Of a DNA stretch of 64,000 nucleotides, positions 1 to 12,599 are shown piece after piece. The position numbers and the translations under genes were made by a program. The notes beneath the pieces were generated by a model. That model was not told the origin of the DNA. It saw only the letters and a program-made list of their open reading frames with translations, and ran no database searches. Origin of the DNA: Octopus sinensis (taxonomy: Eukaryota); the NCBI RefSeq assembly GCF_006345805.1, contig NC_043010.1:2232001-2296000 (forward strand), written 5' to 3'. Numbering within the stretch: position 1 is the first letter of the stretch; every line of letters starts with the position of its first letter.

Positions 1-189
1 AGAAAATCTGCCCCACTAAACTTCATTCCACCCATGCAAGCAAAGAAAAGTAGATGTTAATACAATGATGATAATACATTGCAATGTAAGCCTCTAGATA
101 CAGTCTTTGTCTCTCTATCATCTTTCCACCGTATGTAAGTGTGGGTTGATTAAAGAATGTATAATTCTCCATTCTTTTGTATCTTGGTC

Positions 190-405
190 TACAAGAGCCT
201 ACAAGTGCTACATGAAAGGTACTCATGATGGTACAACATAAAAGTGCTCATGCCAGTAGCATGTTAAAAGTGGTTGGCATCCATCCATAAAAACCAAGCC
301 AAATTAGACTATAAGCTGGAGAAGCTTCCCAGCTCACCAGCATGGATCAAGTCATCCAACCCATGCCAGTATGGAAAATGGATGTTAGAGGATGATGATG
401 ATGAT
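190..405 (+). mobile_element. SINE-type family C copy (3' part with (GAT)n tail)
   Basis: ggcatccatccataaaaacc...ccaacccatgccagtatggaaaatggatgttagag(gat)n; the same module recurs at ~7215, 10640, 15843(-), 32120(-), 33635, 35185, 41430, 52365. Confidence 0.75.
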
Positions 406-444
406 GCACACACATATACATGTATATGTGCATATGTATGCATG

Positions 445-482
<38 letters not shown>

Positions 483-484
483 AA

Positions 485-735
485 ACAGCCTTGGTTTCTG
501 CCAGGGTCTCCTTCCATTCACAAGTTCTCCATAGAGCATCTGCTTAGGGATCCTGCTATTCTTCATTCTAATAAGGTGCCCAGTCCAACGTAACCGGTGC
601 CTATGCACCATTGCCTCAACACTCAAGATATCAGCTATCCTCAGGACTTGTGTGTCTGGAGTTTTAAGGTCCATCCAACATTCAGAATGTGTCTGAGACA
701 TCTCTGATGAAAGCTTTCAAGATGTTTGTAAAAGG
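485..735 (-). mobile_element. RTE-clade LINE fragment (post-RT region), inverted
   Basis: Translation RLRWTGHLIRMKNSRIPKQMLYGELVNGRRPWQKP matches the RLRWxGH...RxPK..LYGEL signature of RTE LINE ORFs. Confidence 0.9.
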
Positions 736-784
736 TCCATGTCTCACAATAGTAAAGGAGTGATGTTAGTACACATGCACAGTA

Positions 785-1385
785 CACAGCAATTTTTGCT
801 ATGGAAAATACTTGGCAAACTTGGATGTCCGGATCACTTTGTATCCATAATTAAATCCTTTCATGATGGGATGGAGGCTTGGGTCAATGTTGGTGGTGGC
901 ATGGTGGGACGTGTTCCTGTAGAGAATGGTGTCAAGCAGGGTGACATCTTGCCCCAACTCTCTTTTCTTTGTACTTTGCTGCTGCTTTTACTCATGCCTT
1001 TACTATGGTTGGCTCTCTGGGAATATATGTCAGATATCAATCTTCTGTGTCAAGTCCTCATTAAAGGCCTGTGATATGCAGGAGACTGACAGGAAGAGCA
1101 ATGCCTGCCATCACCACAAATGGAGGAAGCCGGTTAAGGAGGGGGTCGATGCCTATGTAAAAGCACTTATTCTTCATGAAGAATTTAAGCGTGCTGCTTG
1201 AAAGTGCACTACTAGAGTGGTGAATGGGGGAAGCTTGGTCTGCAATGTTTGCAGTCATGTATGCTTGTCAAGAGCAGGGCTCATTAGCCACCAATGGAGC
1301 TGCAAATGCAAAATATAAGTTAGTCCTAGAGCGCACAGGGTCAGCAATGGTCTTCCTTGATCATGAGTGGACAGCCATCATCATA
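785..1385 (+). mobile_element. RTE-clade LINE 3' end, decayed (RT fragment, C-terminal Zn finger, 3' UTR)
   Basis: LWKILGKLGCP...IIKSFHDGM...ENGVKQGDIL (RT motif), then LKAC...KWRKPV and CNVC...GLISH C2H2-like finger, ending in a (CAT)n tail. Confidence 0.9.
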
Positions 1386-2017
1386 TATAAAACAAACTAG
1401 CAAGATTGAGTGGTTAATAATTCTTCTTCAGAACAATGTGCTTTCATGTTCAATTCCATGGTTCGCCACTTTGTGGAAGTGTGTTCCACTACAGCTGAAG
1501 GCTGACCAATATTTACCAAGCAAATTCAGTGAAATGGAAATTGTATGGAAGCCTTTCATGTGTGTGTGCGTGCGTGCATGAGTGTATGTGTGTATACTTC
1601 AGCATACACTGTTGATATTGTTTACATCCCACATAAAAATATATCCTGAAGCTCAGTAGTTCTAAATTCTCAGACAAATGGAATGAGGACCGCACTTAGA
1701 AATATAGATGTAGAGAGAGAGAGACAAATATATATATAAGTAGAAATATAACGTAAGTTGCCACACAATAAAATTGAACCTGAAAACATTTGGTTTGAAA
1801 GCAAAATTCTTAATCACACATACATGCACACATACACACGCATACATACTCACACATTATGTGTATTCATGTATGTGCGAGTGTACGTGTGCGACACCAT
1901 GGGCAAATAACTTGTCATAGCCTTGGGATGACCAAAGCCTTGTGAGTGGATTTGGTAGATGGAAACTGAAAGGACTCCAACATGTGTATATAAATATATA
2001 TATATATATATATATAC

Positions 2018-2181
2018 TCTTTTATTTGTTTCAGCCATTTGACTGCAGTCATGCTGGAGCACCACCTTAAAGGGTTTTTAGCCTCAGAAATCAACCCCAG
2101 GATTTATTCTTTGTAAATCTAATACATCAGTTGTTTAGCGATGGTGGGGGAACAATCACAGACACAAAGACACATGCATAA

Positions 2182-2237
<56 letters not shown>

Positions 2238-2397
2238 GACAGGTTTCTTTCAGTTTCCATCTGCCAAATTCACTCACAAGGCTATGATTGGCCCAAAGCT
2301 ATAGTAGAAGACACTTGCCCAAGATGCCATGCAGTGGGACTGAACCTGGAACCAAATGGTTGGGAAGCAAGCTTCTTACCACACAGCCATGCCTGTG

Positions 2398-2398
<1 letters not shown>
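2018..2398 (-). mobile_element. tRNA-derived SINE family A, near full length, internal (TA)n
   Basis: Minus strand: ggcatggctgtgtggtaagaagc (A-box-like), ggttcagtccc (B-box-like), cttgggcaagtgtctt (CORE-like), central microsatellite, 3' gctccagcatg..cagtcaaatggctgaaaca. Confidence 0.85.
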
Positions 2399-2478
<80 letters not shown>

Positions 2479-3245
2479 ATATATATATTTTATGTATATA
2501 TATATATAATACGCATATACTGGTGTTTACATATATCTATCTATATATATATTGGTAAAAATATATATATATACAGATATATATATATATATAATACGCA
2601 TATACTTGTGTTTGCATAGATGTGTATCTATATTTATTGAAATTGATCACTCACTCATTCCATCCCTCATTCGGTGAAGGAGTGTGTGAAGAATATAAAT
2701 GGAATGAATCCCAGATGGATTTCAGGTCTGTTTTCCACAGCAAGGTCGATGGGTGTGATTGAGTGAGGCAGTGACTGGATGGCTAGAACAAGTTCAACTT
2801 GACATGCTCACTTTAATTATAGCTCCATATCTCTATGGATGAGAGAAGTAGGAGGAAGACTGAGCGGGGGTGGGAGGGAGTAGAAATAAGAGTTGTAATA
2901 CCGGTAGGAAACATAGGACAGAGTAATTTGTAAAAAAATATATATATATATATATATATAAACATTATTTAGAATAAAGGAAATAGTATAGAGTAGCTTT
3001 AGTGAGGGGGCGATATATGTGTGTGTTCCTTCTCCCCTCTGTGTGTGTGTATGTGTGTGTGTGTGTGTGTATGTGTATGTATATATACATGCTTATAAAT
3101 GTCAGAGGAGGTGGATGTTTTTTCATGTCCGCGCAACTTTAAGTAACACGAGTAACTAAGACAACTTGTTACTCAATAACTAGAACTTCAACTGTGTGAG
3201 TGTTTTGTCCTTTAATTGTTTTCACTCAAATATAAACAAATATAT

Positions 3246-3294
<49 letters not shown>

Positions 3295-3300
<6 letters not shown>

Positions 3301-3471
3301 TGGTGTGTTTACATCCCCGTAACTTAGCGTTTCGGCAAAAGAGACCAATAGAATAAGTACTAGGCTTACAAAGAATAAGTCCCGGGGTCGATTTGCTCGA
3401 CTAAAGGCGGTGCTCCAGCATGGCCACAGTCAAATGACTGAAACAAGTAAAAGAGTAAAAGAGAGTAAAGG

Positions 3472-3506
<35 letters not shown>

Positions 3507-3910
3507 TAGATTGATACATACATACATACATACAGAGAGACAAAAAAAGCATGGGTGAGTGGTATGAAGTTTTCTTCCGAGTCACATGGTCCAGTGTTCA
3601 GTCCCACTATGTGCCACATTGGGCAAGTGTCTTCTAATATAGCACCAGGCTGATCCAAAGCCTTATTAGTGGAAACTGAAAGAAACCTATCGTATATGTG
3701 TGTGTGTGTGCGCATCTTTGTTTCCCACTGCCACTTATCAGGTGGTGTTGGTTTGTTTATATTCCCCATAATCTAGCAGTTTGGCAAAAAGTGACCTAGG
3801 TTCAGACAAACAAAACCAAAGGTACTGGGGTTGATTTATTCAAAGAAACCTTTTGAGGCAGTGGTCCAGCATGGTCATAGTCTAATGACTAAAACAAGTA
3901 CAAGATAAAA
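3295..3910 (+). mobile_element. SINE family A: 3' half copy followed by a full degenerate copy
   Basis: ggtgtgtttacatccccgtaacttagc...gactgaaacaagtaaaag at 3300-3460; second copy 3548-3910 with head, (TG)n and tail. Confidence 0.8.
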
Positions 3911-4408
3911 GCTGTGTGTGTGTGTGTGTGTGTGTTGTGTATGCATGTGCAAACTCAACACACAGGAAACTGGCAGGATAGCTAAAGATCCAGAAATAAT
4001 GTGCTGTACAATTTTGGGGATGTAAGTACAAATCCTATTGTGATCAACATTACTGATCATCCTTACAAGATAAATAGAGTACCAGTCATGTTCTGGGGTT
4101 GAATTTTGTTTCCTTTATCTCATTCTCTTTCTGTCTATATGTCTATCTGTTTCTTCCTCTCCCACCCACCCCTCTCTCTCTCTCTCTCAGAAATGGCTAC
4201 ATTGAAAAGGGGTGGGTGAAATTATATATGCAGTTGCTTAATGTGAATGAAATGTCTTTTCATTTCTCTATTTCTGTTTTTTAGAAAACTTTACCTATTC
4301 ATAAGTTGACTAAGGGATCTGCAGGAGATGCCCTGCTCATTGGAAGCCTGTGTTTTTTTATTTCTAGGGGACTCAAACATTCCATTCATATTAAGCAACT
4401 GTATACCT

Positions 4409-4622
4409 ATTTCTTTACTAAACACTGAGGAGACAAACAAGGACAGACGAACGGATTAAGTCGATTACATCGACCCCAGTGTGTAACTGGTACTTAATTT
4501 ATCAACACCGAAAGGATGAAAGGCAAAGTCAACCTCGGCGGAACATGAACTCAGAATGTAACAGCAGACGAAATGCTGCGAAACATTTTGCCCGACTTGC
4601 TAACATTTCTGCCAGCTTGCCA
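4409..4622 (-). mobile_element. tRNA-related SINE family B copy
   Basis: Reverse complement of gctggcagaa...ttctgagttc...gactttgcctttcatcctttcgg..tcgataaattaagtaccag shared by many copies in the window. Confidence 0.85.
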
Positions 4623-4822
4623 CCTGTATACCTACTTTACCCCCACCCTCTCCAGTTCTGTACATTGAGAATAGTGGAGTATCAGAGAGAGCATCTCTTT
4701 CTTCAAAAACTGAGATAGGTTGGACGAGGAGTTAGTAACCCCTAATCATAGAAGAAACCAATAAGCTTTGGAAAAGAATGTCTGATGTGGGGCAGTATAT
4801 AGTGTGGAACAAATTAAGAAGT

Positions 4823-4918
<96 letters not shown>

Positions 4919-5313
4919 TGTATGAATGTGTTTGTGTGTGAATGTATAGTTAAATGTAAGTGCTTTTAAATGCATAAAAACAATGGACATTAACTGAATA
5001 AAGGCTCGAATACTCACAGAAGAGTTTGATATTTATTGTATCGTTATTATCAATTTATTGACTGTGACTTTGAAGTTTAACTGGTATAAGCTGGTTCAAG
5101 CTCAACAAGCCAGGACGAGACAATGATCAATGGTTGTGTTTGTGCACGTAAATGTGTGTGTGTGAATGTGTGTGTGAGTGTGTAGAAATGTGTGTGCGTG
5201 TATACACATACACATACGTACACACATACATATATATCTTGAGCAATGAGAAATAAAAGAAGACAACACGAGACGGAGAGGTTTTAACAAATGTTTTCAC
5301 TTACCATTTAAAC

Positions 5314-5578
5314 ATGTCTGTCTGTCTGTCTGTCTGTATGTATGTGTGTGTGTGTGTGTGTGTATGTATGTGTGTATGCATGTATGTATGTATGTATGTG
5401 TGTATATGTGTATGTATGTATGTATGTATGCATGCATGTATGTATGTATGTGTGTGTGTATGTATGTATGTGTGTGTGTGTATGTATGTATGTATGTATG
5501 TATGTATGTATGTATGTATGTATGTTTGTATGTATGTATGTATGTATGTATGTTTGTATGTATGTATGTATGTATGTA

Positions 5579-5611
<33 letters not shown>

Positions 5612-5648
5612 ATGCATGTATGTATGTATGCATGCATGTATGTGTGTA

Positions 5649-5679
<31 letters not shown>

Positions 5680-6133
5680 ATGTGTGTATGTGTGTATGTA
5701 TGTTTGTATGTATGTATGTATGTTTGTATGTGTGTGTGTATGTATGTATGTATGTGTGTATGTGTGTATGTATGTATGTGTGTATGTATGTATGTATGTG
5801 TGTTTGTGTATGCATGAATGTATGTATTTATGTGTATGTATGTATGTATGTATGTTTGTATGTATGTATGTGTGTATGTATGTATGTATGTGTGTATGTG
5901 TGTATGTATGTATGTGTGTGTGTGTGTATGCATGTATGTATGTATTTATGTGTATGTATGTATGTACGTATGTATGTATGTATGTATGTGTGTATGTATG
6001 CATGTATGTACATATGTGTGTATGTGTGTGTGTATGTATGTATGTATGTATGTATGTGTGTGTGTATGTATGTGTGTATGTATGTGTGTATGTATGTATG
6101 TATGTATGTATGTATGTATGTATGTATGAATGA
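5314..6133. repeat. Compound (TCTG)n/(TATG)n/(TG)n microsatellite, ~820 bp
   Basis: Direct reading; explains all long ORFs in 5297-6170. Confidence 0.98.
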
Positions 6134-6511
6134 ATCACTATACATGAGGTTAAAAAATGAAATTGTTTAGAAGCTAATACACTGTGTATTGAAATATCGG
6201 AGTGCAATCGGACGCAATGAAAATAAAACAACAGTTTGCACTTTACCACCATCAGTTCTACATTTCTATATTTCAGTGTTAACACCTCTTCATCAGGAGA
6301 AAATGGAATGAGGGGCTTCAACAGAGTTTTCTGTCAACTAAATTCTACTTACAATCCATGGGTCAGCACAAAATCTTGCTAGAAGAAACTTGCTCAATGT
6401 ACCATGCAGTGAAATTGAAATCAGAGCCATATGTGTTTGAAGAGAAGTTTTTAACTACACAGCTATGTGCATAATTTGTATGTGCATAATTAATATTATT
6501 CTTCATTCCTA

Positions 6512-6725
6512 ATGTGGTGAGCTGGCAGAATTGGTAGCACACTGAGTAAAATGCTTAGTGGCATTTTGCCTGTCTTCACGTTCCGAGTTCAAATTCCACC
6601 AAGGTTGACTTTGCCTTTCATCCTTTCAGGGTTGATAAAATAAGTACCACTGAAGTACTGGGACAATGCAACCAACTTACCCACTCCTCGAAATTGCTGG
6701 CCTTGTGCCAAAATCTGAAACCAAT
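6512..6725 (+). mobile_element. SINE family B copy
   Basis: ggtgagctggcagaa...gactttgcctttcatcctttcagggttgataaaataagtacc. Confidence 0.85.
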
Positions 6726-7071
6726 ATTATTCTTCATTCTTATTGCCTTTTTGGCACTTGAATCCATTTGAGATTGTAGAATGAAACTAAAATAATAACA
6801 AGATGGTCAAGTTCTATGCTACAATTTAGAATACAAATTATTCTGCTATATTAAGGAGCTGGTATGGCTGTGTGGTTAAGAGGCTTGCCTCCCAACCATG
6901 TGATCTCTGGTTTTACATGGCATCTTGGGCAAGTGTCTTCAATTATAGACCTAGGCAAACCAAAGCCTTGTGACTGGATTTGATTGACAGAAACTGAAAG
7001 AAGTCTATCAAGTATATATATATTTCCAACCCATACCAGCATGGAAAATAGACATATGATGATGATGATGA

Positions 7072-7120
<49 letters not shown>

Positions 7121-8439
7121 TGTGTGTGTGTGTGTGTGTATGCTCTTGACTGACATAAATGTGGTGGATATAAATGAGTATTGCTATCATACAAACTATG
7201 TTGTTTCTTTCTAGTCTCCTATGAAGAATCTGTCTTGTCATGGAGAAATATTACCTTGACTAGAAGCAGGTTCGAGTTGGTCACAGGAAGTGCATCCAGT
7301 TGTAGAAAATCTGCCTTAACAAACTCTATCTGACCCATGCAAGCATGGAGAAGTGGATATTAAATCATGGTAAACAACTACCCCACACACACACAAACAC
7401 ACACTAGTATACACACTCAAATCAAATATATACTGATCAACTCTATGTCCCACCAACCGAGTAGAATAAACTTTGTTGAGGAGAGCTAATAAGGCTGAAA
7501 CATGTTCATTGCTTTCACCAAACTGGCTTCAAATCCCAGATTTAGTCCAATCTGCCACTGGCCAATATTCACCAAAAATTCCAATCAACTGGTCTTATTG
7601 ATGTATTTCCCCCCCTAACTTGTAGGTCTTTTTCTTAAGTTTTCAACATTCTCAGGAGATGTTTTTATCAACTAATTGTTTCAATTGATTATCTCAGTTG
7701 ATTGAGGTTTTTTCCAGTTGACTATATATCATATGTGACACCCTACAGTAAAAATTCATTGACTATTGTTGATTTTATACTTGAAAAGAAACCAGAATAA
7801 TCTAGAATCTCAGGATTTCTCTACAACAGGAAACAATAAAGTACCCAATGTCCCCCCTCTCTCTATTTATCTATCTATCTTTTCGTCTATATACCTATCT
7901 CTTTCTCTTCTTGCAATCTCTTTGTCTCTCTCTTTCCCAAGGCATCTCACTCAATTTCTATTATTATCTATGTAGCTGCATTTCTTTCTTTCTCCCCACA
8001 CTCTCTATCACTCTCTTTTAATTGAGTCTTTGCTACTCTCTCTCTATCTTCCTTCATCTCTCCCCCCTTCTCTTTCATTTGGTTCTTTTGTATTTCTCTG
8101 CTGCTCTCATTCTTTCTCATACTCTGCTTCTCCCTTTGCCTCATTTGAGTTTATTGTTGCTCCCTTACATTTTCCCTTTCTTTTTCTCAGTTCTCTATCT
8201 GTCTGTCTATCTTTCTCTCTCTCTCTCTCTCTCTTGTGCTTTCCCTCTCTCTCACACGAACAGTTATAGATGATGTTATTGTTTCAGTAAGGTGGGCAGG
8301 ACTGGATTGGATTAGAAGCTTTGAACCATGTAATGGGTAATGGTGAGAAACTGTTCCATTCCATTCTCCTCTCCCCTTGCTCCTCATCCCCCACTCATGC
8401 TATACTTTGCCCAAAACATGAATTTCTGTTCCTCCACAC

Positions 8440-9500
8440 CCCTACACACAACAACCGCACTCCACCACCAACTCCCTCCCTCCCTTGGCTTAATCTAAAC
8501 ACCACAACCAAGACAACAATAACAACAAACAGCAACCACCACCACCACCACCGTCAATAATGATATCAATACCATAAATACTTGTGCCAATACTAACAAC
8601 ATCACAATCACCATTAATACAATAACAGTAATAACAGTCCCAAACCTACTTCTATTAAAACACCCTTCACTACTGCCACCATCGCCACCGCATTAAGCAC
8701 CAAAATTGCCAACACTACCAGCAAGTACCACTGCCACCACCATTAGTATAATGACCGTAATCACTATCATAATCATCATCAGCATCAGCATCAGCACCAC
8801 AGCCACCATAATCATTATAACACCAGCATTATCAGCAGCACTACAACCCAGACTTTTATAAGGGTGTAGTGGGGGCTGCAAACAAATACTTTGTATCCAG
8901 AGCAAAGGAACAAGAATTTTCCTGGAATCTCAGAAAATGTTTGCTTATGTTGAAGACTAGCATTTATCAGAAAGGAAATCCTTATCTCTGTTCCCACCCA
9001 CCGCATCCCCACCATAATCACCACTCCTGAAAGCACAACCAAAATCAAAATACCTAGTATTGTCTATTACCTCTCAAAGCCACCAATACCACCATCATAA
9101 CACTGTCAGTCAGATCCACAACATTCAACGCTATCAACACCACCACCACCATCACTACTACCATCATCATCATTATCACCACCATCATATCCATAGTGCT
9201 CGACATGACCATCAGCAACACTACCACCACTAATGTCACCAACAAGACCAGCCTGACAACGACCACCATCACCACCACCACTACCATCATCACATCCACA
9301 GTATTCAACACAAGCATCACTAACACCACCAACAGTACCACCACCACCACCATCATAATAATCATCATGACCATCCACTACATCACTATCAACACTAACA
9401 TCCTCTAACATCACCTGTAATCCTTATTACTATCACCACAACTACAAATACAAAACTACCACTACCACAACCATCTCAGCCCTTCCGTCACCATCACCCT
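8440..9500. repeat. Degenerate (CAC/CAT/CAA)n trinucleotide low-complexity tract
   Basis: Poly-Thr/Ile/Val translations; short unique insert at ~8845-9000. Confidence 0.9.
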
Positions 9501-9664
9501 AATCACTCTTTTATCATCAACACCACTTGGAGCCAATGTGGGAGCCTCTTCATTGGTGTTTCTCGACCATTTCCATCCCATGCTCCACTTTGATTTAAAA
9601 AAGCAGGACACACATCTCTCCCCTCACTACCATGAATGTCACATTGCCATCATCATCATCATTA

Positions 9665-9930
9665 TCACCTTGACATTACTGTTTCAAGTCTGAGGATTAA
9701 TAAGGCAGGTTGCTCAGTTTCCGGAGTGTATAAATGACTCAGAGCACAACATTCTCTCTGAAGAGGACCCAGTCTGTTGCAAGATTGCTCATTTTTGTCA
9801 GCCAAATGGACAGAAGCAATATAAAATAAATGAAATATCTTGCTCAAGAACACAACTCCCTACACAGTCTAAGAATCAAAACCATGATCTTACAATCCTA
9901 AGAGCCACACCCTAACCACTCAGCCATGAA
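9665..9930 (-). mobile_element. tRNA-derived SINE family D copy
   Basis: cttgctcaagaacacaac...aatcaaaacc...ccctaaccactcagccat is the reverse complement of the head of the 47938 copy. Confidence 0.7.
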
Positions 9931-10034
9931 CCTTTCTCCATGAACAGATGTTTTAAAGGTTTTAATTAAAGTACTTTATTACAAGTCTTATTTGATTGTT
10001 ACTTGTGCCCAATTCTATAATAATCCACATTCCA

Positions 10035-10475
10035 CCAAAATATTAGCAGAAACGTTTAGCGGTATTTCGCTAAACGGTATTTCGTCTGTCTTTACATTCT
10101 GAGTTAAAATTCTGTCGAGCTTGACTTTACTTTTCATCCTTTCAGGGTCGATAAATTAAGTACCAGTAGCATACTGGGGTCGATCTAATTGACTGGCCCC
10201 CGCCTCCCCAAAAAATTTCAGGCCTTGCGCCTAGAGTAGAAAAGAATATTATGGATGGATGTTAAAGTGGCCAGCTGGCAGAATCACTTGCATGCTAACC
10301 TAAATGCTTAGCACCATTTCATCCATCTTTACATTCTGAGTTCAAATTCCACCAGGGTGGAGTTTGCCTTTCATTCTGCCGAAGTTGATAAAATCAGAAC
10401 CAGTGGAATCCTGGGGTCAATGTAATCAACTTACCCCCTGAAACTGCCGGCCTTGTGTCAAAATTTAAACCAATA
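10035..10475 (+). mobile_element. Two head-to-tail SINE family B copies
   Basis: Central domain ctttcatcctttcagggtcgataaattaagtacc at ~10130, degenerate version at ~10365. Confidence 0.85.
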
Positions 10476-10989
10476 TTTTAAATGAATGTGGGTTATTTCA
10501 TGAACACTTAAGCTGCTTGAAATAGCTGCTAAATCTCCCTCAAATTACAACAAAGTACCATTCCTTTCATACTTTAGACTCTCAACATCTGATACAAGGC
10601 TACTTAACTTAATACAAATCTCCTCTTCAGCTGAAGAGAGTCTTGTCTTGCAAGGGATTTGGTGACCTCACCAATGCCTATGACATGTAGAAAGCACTCA
10701 GTTATACTCTGTAAAGGGATTAGTATTATGAAGGGCATCCAGCCATAGTAACCATGCCAAAACAGACACTAGGGGTTTTGTTTAGTCTTTTGGCTCACCA
10801 GTACCACTTGAACCAACTGAGCCATGCCAGGATGGAAAAACCTACATTAAATGATGATGATGACGACTACCACGATGATGATAATAATGGTTCCCTACAC
10901 ATCAGGAAAAAGATGGGATAGTCACAGCTGGAGAGCCTTTCATCACTCTTCTGTTCTATCTGGCTTAGCCTGGGACAAAACAACAAACA

Positions 10990-11180
10990 CCCACTTCACC
11001 ACCACTGCTACTACCACCACTATCATCATCACCACCACCACTATCATCATCACCACCACCACTATCATCATCACCACCACCACTATCATCATCACCACCA
11101 CCACTATCATCATCACCACCACCACTATTATCATCACCACCACCACCATTACCACCACCACTACCAACAACAACAACATT
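10990..11180. repeat. 21-bp minisatellite (accaccaccactatcatcatc)n
   Basis: Repeating TTTTIII translation, about six units. Confidence 0.9.
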
Positions 11181-11968
11181 TGATATTGTTGATCATTACT
11201 GAGGTATTTTCATTCTTTGATACAAAGAGGAAATAGGAGGCTGGGGACACAAAGGGAAGACAACGAAAGGGAACGGGGTGGTGGTGGAGCAATAGGATCT
11301 TCACAGCACTAGGGCGTCAATTAAACCCCTGCATTGTTGGGGACATCAAAAGAATTCCCTAAAAATTCTACAGGGTATTTTATTAATGCTGGTATTGTCA
11401 TAGATTTGTTATTGTTGGTGTAGTTGTTATTGTTACTGTACCTGTGGTTGTTGTGAGTTTTGCTATTGCTACTGTTGTTGTTATTCATACTACAGTTGTA
11501 GTTAAGCTGCTGTTGTTATTCTTACTACAGTTGTACTTATTGTTGCTGTGGTTATTGTTATTGTTGTTGGTGTTATTTTGTTTTGTAGTTTTCTATTTAT
11601 TTTTCTCTGTGTGTAGGATGCTTCTGCTGTTTTACTTGTTGTTGTTTAACCCCAGGTCTTCTCTGAGTAAGACACAACCAAAGCAACCAACCATGACCAG
11701 CCCATCTATTATATTGTATCAGGCAAGGTTTGCTTCTAGGGCTGGTGCTGTCCCCCAACCCATGTATCCATCCTTCTTTTAAGACAGATAATAGGACGTA
11801 ATTTCAGAGAAGTTTTGATCGAGCTACTATTTCTTGCAAATTGAATGACTACATAGAGGCCTTACACATTGGGATGTTGCATCTTTCGTTGTTGATGATG
11901 ATGATGTAGTTGTTGTTATAGTACTTTTTATGATCCTCTTTATTAATTTATATATTGTATGTGTGTAT

Positions 11969-12002
<34 letters not shown>

Positions 12003-12224
12003 TGGGCTGGGAGAAGATGAGGTTTATTTCCTTGTTTGTTTTTGTACTGTTTGGTAGATAGGGACAGAGAGGAAAGGAGGGAAAGGAGGGAGAGAGAAAG
12101 GGAGGAAGGGAAAAAGGGAGAGACAGAGAGAGAAAAAGAGAGAGAAATGAAAAGAAAGGTTTTCCTTATTGTCTAGTTTCTGTGTGTGAGCGTGTATATG
12201 TGCATGTAATATGTTCAAGAAAGA

Positions 12225-12259
<35 letters not shown>

Positions 12260-12599
12260 TGAACTAGTGATTGTTTGAAAGAGGAAGGAAGGAGAGAGTG
12301 TATGCGTGTGTGAGAGTGCGAATGTGAGCTTGTGAGTGTTTGAGAGAGGGAGAGGGAGAAAGTGCGTGCATGCGAGTGTGTGTGCCTTTGTGTATGTGCA
12401 TGCATGTACATAGGTGTGTGTGCGTAAGTGTGCATGTGGCGTGTGTATGTATGTATGCGTGTGCGCGTGCATGTGTATGTATGTGTGCATATGTGTGTGT
12501 CATCTCTCCATTTATTCCATTATTATTCACTTGAACAAAATTTCAAAATTTCGCTTCATTACATTTCAAAGATTAACTGGTGCACGACTCTTCTATGGA

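Noticed and set aside
5297-6321. Longest ORFs in the track (up to 337 aa)
   Set aside because: Translations of (TATG)n/(TG)n microsatellite; open in nearly all frames
9054-9414. Hydrophobic or Thr-rich mucin-like ORFs
   Set aside because: Trinucleotide low-complexity DNA with no splice or domain support
10623-10638. 16-bp palindrome ctcttcagctgaagag
   Set aside because: Short and isolated, no GAAA partner or supporting structure
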